Origin: Trichosphaerium sp. ATCC 40318
Taxonomy: Eukaryota; Protista; Tubulinea
Reading direction: 5' to 3'
DNA length: 64,000 nt
Assembly: GCA_038496445.1 (NCBI GenBank)
Contig: JALMLS010000411.1
Coordinates: 124,001 to 188,000 of the forward strand
A model generated the notes under the pieces. That model was not told where the DNA came from. It ran no database searches and saw only the letters and a list, made by a program, of their open reading frames with translations. Below, piece after piece: positions 39,325 through 51,503 of the stretch (within the stretch, counting starts at the first letter, position 1; every line of letters starts with the position of its first letter). The position numbers and the translations under genes were made by a program.

Positions 39325-42300
39325 CTATTCTGATTCATTGGCATCATCAATAATAGATACTAAAGCCTTGAAGCTTGGTCTATCTGAAGGAAGAAATGCC
39401 CAACATTTTTTCATCAAGGTTTTCCAGTGAGAATTAACTTGATCATCCAAGTCAGGTGTATGCCCTTCATCTCTTATACGTACTGCCAGATCTAAAAAAT
39501 CTGTAACTTTACCAAAAGGAGTTCTCTTATAAATTAGCTCCCACGTGAGCATTCCAAATGACCATACCTGCATGTATGAGTACTAGAGAGACTTATTTTG
39601 GAATACGTACATCACTTTTAGGTTCATATACCAGTCTCATTGACTCAGGACTCATCCATCGTATTGGACCAACACTAGTCTTTGTTTTGTTCTCTGAACC
39701 TGACATTGCAGATTTTCTAGAACATTATTAGTGGAAGAGAGGAAAATAACGAGGTCAGGCCGTACCTAGACATTCCAAAATCAGATATCTTCACTACATT
39801 GTCACCAGATAGCTAACAAAACAATTGTAAGCCTTTAAACAACTAAGTAAACAGTACCAATATATTCCTGCAAGCTAGATCTCTAAAGGAGTAACGTTGT
39901 TAATGAGATGGAATGTTGTGTATTAGTACCTATGAATGATCCTATTTGCATGAAGAAAAGTCATTCCTGCTGCGATTGAACTCAAATACTGCTTAATTTC
40001 ATCAAAAGTAAAATCAATCTTCTTCTTCTTATACATGTGCCTCAAAGTTCCATTACTCATAAATTCTAATACTAGCATTGGTTTTCCATCCGATAAACAT
40101 ATACCAATTGTTCCAACGATATTAGGATGAGGAGGAAGACTCATATTTACTTCAACCTAACAAAGTCAAAAAAAAGGTAAAACACAATGTACGCCTTAAC
40201 CTCTCTCAAAAAATTCTGGTTTTCCTCAGGACCAAGACTAGATATTTTGACAGCAACATCTTTCCCTTTGTAAGTAGCTTTCATCACAGACCCAAAACTA
40301 CCCTCACCTGAAAGGTACGATAGAGTAAGCAAAAAAACAAGAAAGTTGTTTGTGTTGGTACCAAGTTTTTCACCAAATATTAAGTCTTCTTCTTTCACTA
40401 ATGTAACACTATCTGTAGCAATATCGTCGTAAACAACAGTCGATGAAACAGGCTCCAGCTTATTTAATACAGCACCTGCCTTTTGCACTTCTTTTTTTTT
40501 ATGAACACAAAAGAAATACCAAAGTCCAACACAAATCACAGCAAGGATTATCAATAGTACCGCAACGATAATAGCTATAAGCGCTATCAAAAGAAGTTAG
40601 TTGAGCCTATTTAGGTATTGTGTACCTGTGCTAGATGACTCAGGGCCTCCCGTAATGTTTGTGGTCGTGTTTGAAATTGGCTCTGTAGGTACAACAGTTG
40701 GAGGAAGTGTTGTAGGTGAAAGTGTTGTGGGTGAAAGTGTTGTGGGTGAAAGTGTTGTAGGTGGAAGTGTTGTTGGTATAAGAGGTATAACTTGCTGAAA
40801 ACAGTTAGGATCAGGTTCGTATAGACACTCTGGATTATAGAATGTTTGGTTAGGTGCTTCGGGTATTTCAAAAGGAGCCAAATGCCAACTTGTTACACTT
40901 GAATCATACACCATACAACTGGGTTTCCTTGACTCACAGATCTACAACCAATTATTATGCGACAACTGAAATAGATCTAACATACTTGCGCCATCTCCAC
41001 ACTTGCACAAGCGCCTCTATGGGGTGGAATATAGCTACTTACATCACAATACTCAATAGTAGCAGGTTCTCCTTCTTTGCAACCAAATGCAGGTGATCCA
41101 GGAACTCTCTTTTCAACAACACAAGTTCCAGTTGCTCGGTCACAGTATGAGGGATTACAAATGTCTTCAGAGGTGCAAGTTTCGCTACAAATATTTACTG
41201 GAGCTGATTTACATCCCACATTATCATTGTAAAAGATTTCAGCTAAAGCAACTCAGTTGCAACCAAATTGTATATGACGCACATCCCATACTATAAGCAA
41301 TAGGTGAAGGAATCAGGGCATCGGAATCACATAATGATGGAGAGAAACCTAACAATAAAAAGTTGGGAATTTGATTACTTTGGCGGGTGTACTTACAATG
41401 TACTTGTACAGACTCGGGTGAATTTACGAATATTTCATTTGGTCTATACGAACACCCTTCATCTGGACTGCGACATATATTTGAAGTACAAGGATTTGCA
41501 TCATCACATTTAACGTTATCACATGTACATTCTTGGTCGCAAGTACATTCTCCTTTGCACGTGTTGCCACACAAACTTCGTACTACTATCAAAGAAATAG
41601 GTTTAATACATGTTGTATAGGCCAAGCTTAGTGTATAGAGTGTACCTTGGCATAGATTAGGAGAAATAGCCGGAAGAGCATTGGAAGAGAGGAAAATGCT
41701 GTTAGTAATGTTAACTTCGTTTGGTAGGTAATATAGATTTGTATCTGTTGATCCAATTGACACAGAGTGTATTGAAACTCCCTTTATAGTAATTAGCTGC
41801 GTTTCTTCTTTTTGTTTGTTTTTGCTACTTGTCACACATACCTCAGATTCGAGAGTACTAACAATGTTATCATTTGGATCAAATGCACCACATTTAGGGC
41901 CATGATATTGATTGACAATTAGTACTTTGTTATTTCTCCCTGTTCTTCCATAATTATCAAAATGTTCACGTGCAAGTGAAAGACCTTAACGCAATATTGA
42001 AATTAGAGAATTTTCTTTGTATATAGAACAATGTATCATTAAACAAACTCACCCTTCGTTACATCATGACATCCACCAATGTCGTTGCGAATACGAATAA
42101 TTTCAAGTTGTCGAAGAAAGTACGATTTGTCGTGGCTTCCCAGTGGTAGGACAACTTGAGCTGTGTCTCTATATAGAATAATACCAGTACGGTACCCATA
42201 CTCACCAAGCTTGAGTGGTGTTATAATATCAATAATGAACAGAAAGTATAAGTCCCAATTAAAGTGTATACAACAATCTTCAAATGAAGTTCTGTTGAAA

Positions 42301-43338
42301 GGACCAAACCCTTCACTACATTGGGACGCTTTGTTTGTAAAACATGAGCTTGTGATACACCTAAAGTAGTGGTCATACCTCCGACCTCACATGTTGCAGT
42401 ATTCAACGCATTTTCGGAAGCATCAATAACTATCACAAAATCAGAACCTTATTAATCATTTGAAGCTCACCGAATATCATGTCTGTTGTATCAACGCAAA
42501 GCACATCTGTGCAATTTGTAAGAGTAATACTTTCGAATGGTAAATTTTGAGTATCATGAATGTCAATGATAACACCATCAGAGAAAACAACCCTAGCAGC
42601 TCTTTTGTAAAAAAATAAAACAACAATCAAACTGCGTTTTTGTACCTGACCGGCGTTCTCTTTCCTTCAACAAAATACAACTCTTGAACATCCATAAATG
42701 TGTGAGACAACCCCTGAGGAGGGCTCCTCCAATGTCGAGTCCTATATACACGTGTAAGAAACCACAAATGCGAACACATGTGTTTACGTATTTAATAGCT
42801 TGTATTCCTGTGATTCATCAAAAGGATACTTTGTCCTATGTTTGATTATCACTCCATGTGTTTCTTCTCGATCTATCCAGAAAATAGGATCAAAGGGGTG
42901 TTCCATTGTATCCAGCCTTTCGTTCATTACTCTCTTTTTGCACGTGTTTTCGCAGCCTGTTTTGCTTATCACTTGTTTCTTTGAATTGTTAACAAAGATA
43001 TTAGGAGACATGTATTTTTCTCGGCTGTTACAAACAACACTTACTGAGGCTATGGACCAGGTGTCTACATAATGCTTTACCGCATCGTTTCTAGTGAAAA
43101 AGACCTCTACATTGTCTACTTCGTCGCCTACTGATACCTCGTAGCCGAATTCACCGTATTGTACAGGCTTTGCAGTAAGTTAAACTTTTTATCTTTAAAC
43201 ATTACATACAACGCTTGAAATATTGCCATACATCACTGAGGGCCTTCTGAATATCTCAACACCGGCGCCATTGATAAAAGTAATTATAGAGGTAATAATT
43301 AAGAGCAATAGCTTAGCCTGATCACAGCTGCAAACCAT
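39325..43338 (-). CDS. Receptor tyrosine kinase-like transmembrane kinase
   Basis: Signal peptide, Cys-rich ectodomain (CDDANPCTSNIC), TTLSP stalk repeats and a TM helix. Kinase motifs GEGSFG, VAVK, HRDLACRN, DFGMSR, GPIRWMSPE, SDVWSFG. Joining of the 5' exons is by eye. Confidence 0.85.
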
Positions 43339-43651
43339 ATACGAATATACGTACAACTTTGCACGTGATTATATTTTTCACACGAATGAACACTTAAGTG
43401 TTCGCTGCTAAAATTTAAGGGACTAAATATTTCCACCTTGGGAAACACTTTTGCATAACTTCAAAAGCAAAGAGGAAAGAAAATTGTGGATTTCGCGATA
43501 TTGCGTGATTGAACCGTTGGTTGCGTAGCACTGTTGAGTCACAATGAATTGCCTCCTTCTTAGCGACCAAGCAACGCTAGTACTCTTTAACACGTTACAA
43601 AAGTTGTTTTACCTTTTTTTGCAAAAAGTAATGCTTGTTTCTACACTGTAG

Positions 43652-43892
43652 AGAAGTCACTACTCAGGGGCACCTCGTTGTCACCTACAGGTGTGCAACG
43701 AACACATACTAGACTGATGTTACTAAACCGCCCTCGTACAACCAACCCGTGCTATACAAAGTTGTAAATGTCACGGATCAAACATTTACCGCGGAATTGC
43801 AATGCCAACATGCACCATCACACAGGATCCCCTGCCATCGGAATTAGGCTTTCGCACCGATAACAGATCCAACATGTTGCAAGATGACTCCC
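43652..43892 (-). ncRNA. Candidate ~240-nt structured non-coding RNA (family not recognised)
   Basis: Intergenic GC-richer island with closing stem GGGAGTCAT/GTGACTTCT (minus strand). Internal stems written on the + strand: GGATC/GATCC, ATCGG/CCGAT, GTAAATGT/ACATTTAC, TCGTTG-CACCT/AGGTG-CAACGA. Confidence 0.4.
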
Positions 43893-44444
43893 TTTAGCCT
43901 TGTTAGAAACTAGAATTTTACCATTATCTGATTTAGAGATCAAAGGTAGCAGCGATCGCTGCGGTTAGAAAAACAATTTTCAGAATTTAAATACTCTGGA
44001 TTCTATCCCAAAATTAAATTGTGGTTTTTGTGGATTCTATAACAAAATCACAGTATAGTGTTTATGCGTGCCACGGCGATGGTTGTGAAATTCAGACCGC
44101 TACAACTCTTTTAACGGTTTTGAATTTTTATGAAATTTCACAATTTTTTGCAATGAACCTTAACGAAAATCGCTAGCGACGTGTCTAATGGGAATGTGGC
44201 GCTAGTACAACTATTTTAGCACAGAAGGATCAGATCCAGTGGAAAACGAAAAAGGAATAAAAGTTGACCCTACCGAAACGGCGAACTTGAACGCTTTATT
44301 TACTCACTACGTACGTCTACTTGAAAAATAGCGTCAAATGGCACATTGTATCTCTAAAAATAACTAAACTCGATATTCTCTTGTCTGACAAGTTTATTTA
44401 ACAGTACTACGCAATGTACAACTCAAAAACGAAGAAAGGTGATC

Positions 44445-46869
44445 CTACATGTAAGATGCAATCTTGGCCAGCAAAGTATTACCTTCCTCTACAAAATCAA
44501 GCTCCTTGTATCCAATAAGGTTGCATTTAACGATCTGTTCACCCTTGTACTCTTCTTCGCGTGCACGAAGTACAAGCTCGACGGGTTTAAGCGTAGCTCT
44601 TTCGAAAATATGATTATACTCGCTCTCAGGCATAGTACCAGCTGATTGGCTCTAAAGGTACGCGTAAACAATAACTACGAATGTTTTTCTCATTCTTTTT
44701 CTTGTACCTCTTTGTAGCCTTCAACCTGGTCTGCAGGTAGACCTAGGATCTGGTTTCCTTCACGATCAAAGCATCCGAGCCATTTGTGACCTGTATGATC
44801 GGAACAAAGAAGGGATAGGACATATCTACGCGCGTAAGTAAATTAAACAAGACTAAACTATAAAGCGACTAAACCTACCTCTTTTCGCATGTGTTGTATT
44901 GTTTACCGCATCCACTGCAGTAAAATTGACCATTTGACTCTTCAACCTTTTTGTTGCACTTTTCAGAAGGGCAAGCATCATAGCATAGTTTGGCGTTATC
45001 TCCATGCTTGATCTTAGTGACCATGCCTCTAACTTTGAAATAGTCTGCTTTGCCTACGCCAAGACCTTCGGCACTACAATACGTTAGACAAGTAACGTGT
45101 CGGCTATTTTGCGTGCTCTACAGCGCTTAGTGGTTTTTCTTCAGTGTTTCTGTTGCTACTTCCGCCAGAAAAGCCGCCACTGCGTTGGGAGAGCGTAACA
45201 ATAGACGCCTCAAGTTGTGTTGCATCTAGAAGATAATTAGAATAAAAACCGCGTAAACAAAATCCTCTACGTGCCTGAACTATCCCACCACTGTCTAAGT
45301 GTTGCAGCCTCTGGTATGTTAGGATTGAATTCAATACGTGTAGATCCGATTGTTCCCAACGTTTTGCCTATCAAAGCGATCAGCAGCTAATAAGGAACAC
45401 CCAAAAAACCTCCCTAACCTCTACAGCAACATACCATTAAAGTCTGATACTTTGGCCTCTTTTACAACCATCACATAGCCCACTTGACCCTCGAAATTCT
45501 CGGCAGCATCACGCCATATTGTGAGATCAATAGCTCTAAACACAACGCCGTTAGCTCTCAAGACTAACGCAATATTAACCAGGTAAACCAGTACCTGCTT
45601 GTTTGATCTACAAGAGTAATTGCACGCTTAGAGAACTCTACAAAACCCAAGAATTAACGGCCAGAGAACAAAAGAAAGAAGTAACTAATTTAAATACCTT
45701 GTCCACTCTTTTTACTCGTGATAGTATCAACATCTGAAACGGTTTTGATTATACCAATAACATCACAAAACTACAAAAAAGAAAGATTAACGTTGGATGC
45801 CAAAAAGGATCAAAAAAAAGCGCGTACCTCTCCTTCATTGATGTTTTGTACGCCCTCGATTGGTACGAAGGTGTAATTTTGTGTGGATGTGAGCTCTGCA
45901 GGGTTGACTGACGTATCAGCAGTAACTGTGGACTTGCTGTTAAGTGTGATTTCATATTCATGTTTTGATCGCTTGTATGCCATTCTTAATTTACCACCAG
46001 AAACACAATACACCTATTAAACCAAACGTTAAAACAAAACCAAAACGGACTAAAAGCTAAGTAAATAAAAAACTCGCTACGCACGCCATCTTTTTGGAAA
46101 ATGCTTCCCAATGTGTCGCATTCAGGCTCCCAGAGGTTAAGCCGGATCTCGCCTGATTTATCTGCAATATCAAGGTTCATTATTCTGCAATGCTTGCCGC
46201 TTTTTGCTGTAAATTCGCGTATTGCTCCTTTGTAAACGATTTTACCGCGAATCATCCTAAAACAAGTTGTTTGTACAAACAACAGATGAATTATCAATCA
46301 TACCAATTGTTCTGGAAGTTGTTCAGGCAAGAGATTGGATATACAGTCTGTCCGTCAGGACCAGGTGGCAAAGAATCATTTGAGTCATCCATCTGCATTT
46401 GGCCGCCCGTTTGTCCCTGAGCGCGTTCAATATTAGCAGGAGTACCAATAGCGCCGTCGGTTGGCCCACTGACATTCTCGCATTTGAGAATGATTACAAT
46501 CCTGCGATAAAACATTTAGTTGCTGCTTTGTCGCGTTAGGGACGCGTACTTGTTACTGTGGACTTGATTACACATATATTCATTCAATCTGATCAAACCA
46601 AAGTTCTCAATGGATTTGTTCGTTACCAAAGAGTTTAATTGTGTAGTAAGCATAGCCTGTATGTAGTACTGAGAATCAGAGACGACCAACCTTTATCCGT
46701 TAGAAGAAAAACAATATGTTTTAACGTTTTACCTGTATCTCTCTGTAATTTGACTGCTGCTAGCCGGTTGAAGACGTTTTATATCAACAACTTGTAAAAC
46801 AGGCTGATTTGCTTGCGTGCCGTTGTAAATTTGTTGTACTGAACCTACGGTAAGAAGTTCTTGAGCCAT
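44445..46869 (-). CDS. RPA1: Replication protein A 70-kDa subunit
   Basis: QPVLQVVDIK, RYRLVVSD, AMLTTQLN (N-terminal OB); YPISCLNNFQNNW; DKSGEIR; C-terminal Zn motif YDACPSEKCNKKV...CSGC; DHTGHKWL. Confidence 0.95.
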
Positions 46870-46913
46870 TGTGTTTTAGGAGGTTTAATGAGTTTTTTAT
46901 TCAGTTCCAGGTA

Positions 46914-46926
46914 TTTCCCGCCGAAA
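46914..46926. promoter_or_regulatory. E2F-like site in the RPA1/GINS1 bidirectional promoter
   Basis: TTTCCCGCCGAAA matches TTTSSCGC with an overlapping inverted half-site, centred in the 96-bp gap between two divergent replication genes. Confidence 0.55.
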
Positions 46927-46965
46927 TTCTTCAACTTTCTTCTTGCGAAAGAAACAAAGGCCACA

Positions 46966-47995
46966 ATGGCGCAACATAGAATATACAGCGATAAAGCATA
47001 CAAGCTAGTGTTTGAATTCCGTAAAGCAAACCAATTTCTACCGCGTTATGATGTACTTGTTTGTTTAATCTTTTATCAGTACTGAGATATTCTGACACCC
47101 TGCAGGGTACCAAAATCAGCGATGTTGTTAACGAAACAAACAAAATGTATCAAAAGGCCGGAGCACTAATGATGCGACACCAAGAAGCGAAACAGTGCGT
47201 CAACGATCAATTTGTAAACCCTTTCGCATTGTTAAACGTCAATAGATCAGGCATGGTTAGCAACTACACTGAGTGGATCAAAAACAACCCATCAGAAGGT
47301 AGCTCCAGTATTCTGTTGACAGAATGTATTGGCAAGAACAAGCGTTATGTCCTCGCTTATTTGTACGTCAAACAGGCAACGTTAGTTGCAAGTAATGTAG
47401 CTGTAGAATGGAACGTGTACAAAGGATAAAAAGAGTGAGATGGGAATTCGGCACGTTGTCTCCAGACAATGTAGAGAACATGTCTTCGCAAGAACAAAGA
47501 TTCTTCAAAGGTTACAACAAGCACGTAGATTCTACAAATATCAAGCGCCTCACGTAGATCTAATCTTGTATCTAGACTACTGAGTGATTACATGGACAAC
47601 ATTGATGATTTGGATCTCACAGCTGTACGTGAACCCTCAAGAAAGACTTTAAATTTTTTTAAACAACAACTTGTTTGTTGCCTTTTTGTAAAAGAGCTTC
47701 GCTCTGTTACGCAAGCTACAAGTCTCCAAGTCATTTTAAACTAACTTTTTTGTAGAACTTAACAGAACCGCCAACAGAACTATTTAAACGTGTATGTGTT
47801 ATCAAGGATACTGAGGATATTGTGACGCAAACCGGCGAGCATCATCAATTTCTGCGTAGAGGTAATGGAGTTTTTTTAATTTTCATTTTTATTTGTTTTG
47901 ATTGATTTTTGTATAAAGGTGTTCAAATGAGTATTCCTCGCGTAGATGCTGAGCATTTGATAAAGCAGGGTATTGTCGAGGAAGTATACACATAA
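46966..47995 (+). CDS. GINS1: GINS complex subunit Psf1
   Basis: YSDKAYKLVFE...LPRYD, KNKRYVLAYL..R..RI..VRW, MSSQEQRFFKGY, DLDLT...PP.ELF, DAEHLIKQG. Confidence 0.9.
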
Positions 47996-48192
47996 ATGAA
48001 GGCTATACCATTGTGCTAACCGCACTTCTTTGTACAATAAATAATAACAAGCCCAGTTTATTCCGCGTAGCGTAAACTCCATTTAAAAAAAAAACCCAAA
48101 AAACGTGACAGATAGCACGTAATCCGCCCTGCGCTTTGGTTATTATTGTATCTCTGCCTTGCGTTCGTACATTATCCGACGTAGCAGTCAAT

Positions 48193-48554
48193 CTATCTCT
48201 TTTTCTTAGAGAATTGAATTAAAACGCATGATTCAAACATTTCTAAGCGTAGATCAACCTCTCCAGGCTCCATGACGTAGCCTTCGAAGTGAACTCTTCT
48301 ACAGTCAGGTGATAAGCATGTATGGATACCTAAGAATGTTATAAAGGTAGTTACAAGCGTATTTGATTATGTTACATTTTTGTCGGTCGTGTAAGGCTTC
48401 TGGTAGGCATCTTTCCGCGCAGCGATGTCTCTCTCGCCGATAGCGCATTTTCTAAAGCTGTCAGAAGCGAAATTGCGCTAATACGTACTGTTCGCTTTGA
48501 AACAAGGGCGGAACTGACGACAAGCATTATTACAAGGATAAAAAGCGCCCTCAT
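48193..48554 (-). CDS. Small secreted protein, DUF4787-like
   Basis: Signal peptide; spliced product contains C...C...CIHTCLSPDC...MEPGEVDLR...FESC. Family assignment is recalled from motif pattern, not searched. Confidence 0.65.
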
Positions 48555-48891
48555 GCTTTGCTACGTTTAGAATAGGAGAAGCGCCGTACGACTTAACCAA
48601 AAAGCGGTTGAAGCTACAATGATCAAGGGCAAGCCTCTAAACTTTTCACTAGCTTAGGAGGTATAATTCAGAAAAATGTAAAAAAGACGGCTGTCAGTTA
48701 AAAAATGAACTCGTGAATCTCATTTTTGGCGTAAATTCAAGTCGTAGGGTTTAATCAGCAACTTTGCGAAAGGTGAGAATATGGAACACACTATGAATTT
48801 CTTAGGTAACTCAGAAAACTTGAAAAAATAAATCTAATAAAAACCATAGTTCAAACAACTAAACAACCAACACAACAACAACTAATACAAA

Positions 48892-49884
48892 ATGGCAAAC
48901 TGGATGGTAGCAGTAGACGAATCTGAGTACGTACAATAGAATTTTATTAGGAAAATAATAATAATAAACTGACACGTGACCTTTAGATTCGCCCAATGGG
49001 CATTCAACATTGTAAGTGGGAGAAAGGATTTAAAGTTTTAAACCACCTGTCTATTTTCTAAAGATGTTTAGGCTTTGAGTCTTATGGACGTTAAGAATGA
49101 TACCTTATTCATCTACAGAGCAGCAGAGGATGTAGCTTCAGTGCACGGATATTCTTCTGTGGCATTGTCTTATCTTTCTGAATACAGAGACCAACAAGTA
49201 CGCATTTTTTAACATTTACTGAAGCTCTTGCTTACATTTTCACGCAGAAAGCGCTCTGTAAAAAGACTCTTCGCTTCTTTTACAAAAAAGCTAAAGCTGT
49301 AGGCGTTGTACCTCGCCTAGCTATGGGCTGGAGTAAGCACGTTGGAGAAGGTATCTGTCAAGTAAGTCGGCATAATGCTACAAAAAAATCGAAAATAATA
49401 TTATCTTTTAGGCAGTTATAGAGAAAAAAATCCATCACTTGGTACTTGGAAGACGCGATATGAGCAGTTTCAAACGGTACACAAATCTAAAGAAAGGAAA
49501 TTTTTGATCTAAGTATCCTATTAGCATGTTTGTTGGTTCCACAACAAAGTACTGCTTGGAGCACGCTGATTGCAACGTTATGATCGCTAAGAAGACCTTT
49601 GGTGCTATTGAAGAGCATGGATCATTAAACGAAGTAAAGACACAAGAAGAAAAAGAGAGAGCAAGAAGAGTACGAACCTTTTTTTTTCTTTTGTTTAGGA
49701 TGTTGGTTGTTTATTGTTTTTGTAGATCAAAGAGGACGAAGAGCTCAAAACGGCCGAAGAAACTGAAAGAAAAGCTACCCTTGAAGCAGTCAAGAAGGCC
49801 GAAGAGGAAGAGAGAGCAAGACGTATGCGTGAGGAGAGTCTTGAGGATGGACAAGAAATTCGTGTCCAAATCTACACGTGGTAA
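48892..49884 (+). CDS. Universal stress protein (USP domain) with charged C-terminal extension
   Basis: WMVAVDESE, HLVLGRR, MFVGSTTKYCLEHADCNVMIAK. Confidence 0.9.
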
Positions 49885-50221
49885 AAATTCAATTACACGC
49901 AATGTCTCATAGTCAAATAAAAAAAATTTCTTGCTAGCCTGTAGTCGCAACTTCATAGTTTTTACTCCAATAACTTTCGTTATATGTTTCCTCAGCCTGG
50001 CGTAGCCAAAAAACATAGATGATCGTGTTGTACGCTTTAATGGGATGAGCTGTAGTTCGCAAGATCCTCTTGTATTGTTTATATGTCCTCTTCGTTAAAA
50101 GAAACAATGTGATAAAACCGCAACTATTCATTCACCTAAAATCACGTGCGTAGTTTCTCAGAGCCTTCATGCAAGAAGGAATATTTTGCAACTTTTAAGT
50201 AATTGCTTATTTACTTGTTCT

Positions 50222-51244
50222 TTATGACAACATTTTGATTTCTACTACATCGTATAACCATACATAGAATCTCCAGTCAGCTTTTCTCCTTAATCGCGTA
50301 GTAGCAGTTACATTAGATCCATCACTATCTTTGCAAGGTAAAACCAACTTTAAAGTCATTTGTGTCGAATCCAATTCCATTGATACAACATCGCCATCTC
50401 TAAGCTGGATTCTAGCGTCAATCTGTTCCTCTCCATCATAGAATACTAATCCGTGGCCCCAACCAAAGTCAGGTGTTGGTCTGATATAATCTTCTTCGGG
50501 ATTTTTAGGACAATAGCTGATACCAAACATTAGAGGAAGTGCACTTGTTTGAGTTGTTGTCTTTATAATTTTAAACATCCACGTGTTTTTCTCAAATACA
50601 TTAGCACCAAGGCAAATAACACGTCTGTAAACTGAGGAAATACGAGTATTACATTCAGAAATCTTAGCTTGTCCGTGAACATGAACTGAAGAAAACCAAT
50701 CATTAGTTGATGGAATGAGTCCAAGGAACTTTGTGAATGATCTGAACTCTTTGTCTTTAACACCTTGTTCAAATAATGCTTGGGCTGGAGACTCTTGATT
50801 GAGTGTAGCCAAGCGAAGGTACTTGAGAACAATAGCAAAGAATTGATGGTCATAATCGAGGAAGACATTGTCATCTTTGTCTCTCTTTAAGTTACCATCA
50901 TGTCTGCCGCTGAACATACTGTAAAGCATAGAATCAACAACACAGCATAATGTTCGACGTGTTGTTGACATTATCTCTCCACCAACGTTTAATGTGAAAA
51001 TGTCATCTTGTTTTGTATGTGATGCTCTGAAAGTTGCTTTTTCAGCCTCCCATTGTTGTCTTTCTTCTTTTATTTCCTTTCTTTTTTTTTCGCAATAATC
51101 ACGTGTTTCTGACTTGTATTTGTCTATTTGTAGCTTGTCGTGATTTAATTTGCGTCTTCTATCGTCCAGTTCCGCTGCCAAACTCTCGAGTATGTTACTA
51201 TCATTGGCAGACGCATTTAACCGCTTTGAAGGCGGTTGGCTCAT
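50222..51244 (-). CDS. Coiled-coil + KCTD/T1-type BTB domain protein with beta-rich (SPRY-like) C-terminus, intronless
   Basis: TLNVGGEIMSTTRRTL...SMLYSMFSGR...VFLDYD..FF..VLKYLR. C-terminal W.FKI...FGI...GDVVSMELD. Confidence 0.88.
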   Translation of the reverse strand: MSQPPSKRLNASANDSNILESLAAELDDRRRKLNHDKLQIDKYKSETRDYCEKKRKEIKEERQQWEAEKATFRASHTKQDDIFTLNVGGEIMSTTRRTLCCVVDSMLYSMFSGRHDGNLKRDKDDNVFLDYDHQFFAIVLKYLRLATLNQESPAQALFEQGVKDKEFRSFTKFLGLIPSTNDWFSSVHVHGQAKISECNTRISSVYRRVICLGANVFEKNTWMFKIIKTTTQTSALPLMFGISYCPKNPEEDYIRPTPDFGWGHGLVFYDGEEQIDARIQLRDGDVVSMELDSTQMTLKLVLPCKDSDGSNVTATTRLRRKADWRFYVWLYDVVEIKMLS

Positions 51245-51503
51245 TCCTACGACAATTCAATAAGATTGCTTATACAATTAAGTCATCATTGAACAACAAC
51301 CCGTGTCTGTGCTCCCAGACAATATATGCACTGCTTATTGCTTCGTACTTTAACCTTGTAACAGTGTCATAACCGAAATTAGTTTTTTTAGTAGTTGCTA
51401 GCAAAGTTCTAGCCTGATAGAATGCAGCTACATTTTCAGGTTTTAAAGCGCATTGTAAGGACTCAATTAATTGCAACTGCAATACAAATCTTTATTCATT
51501 TTG

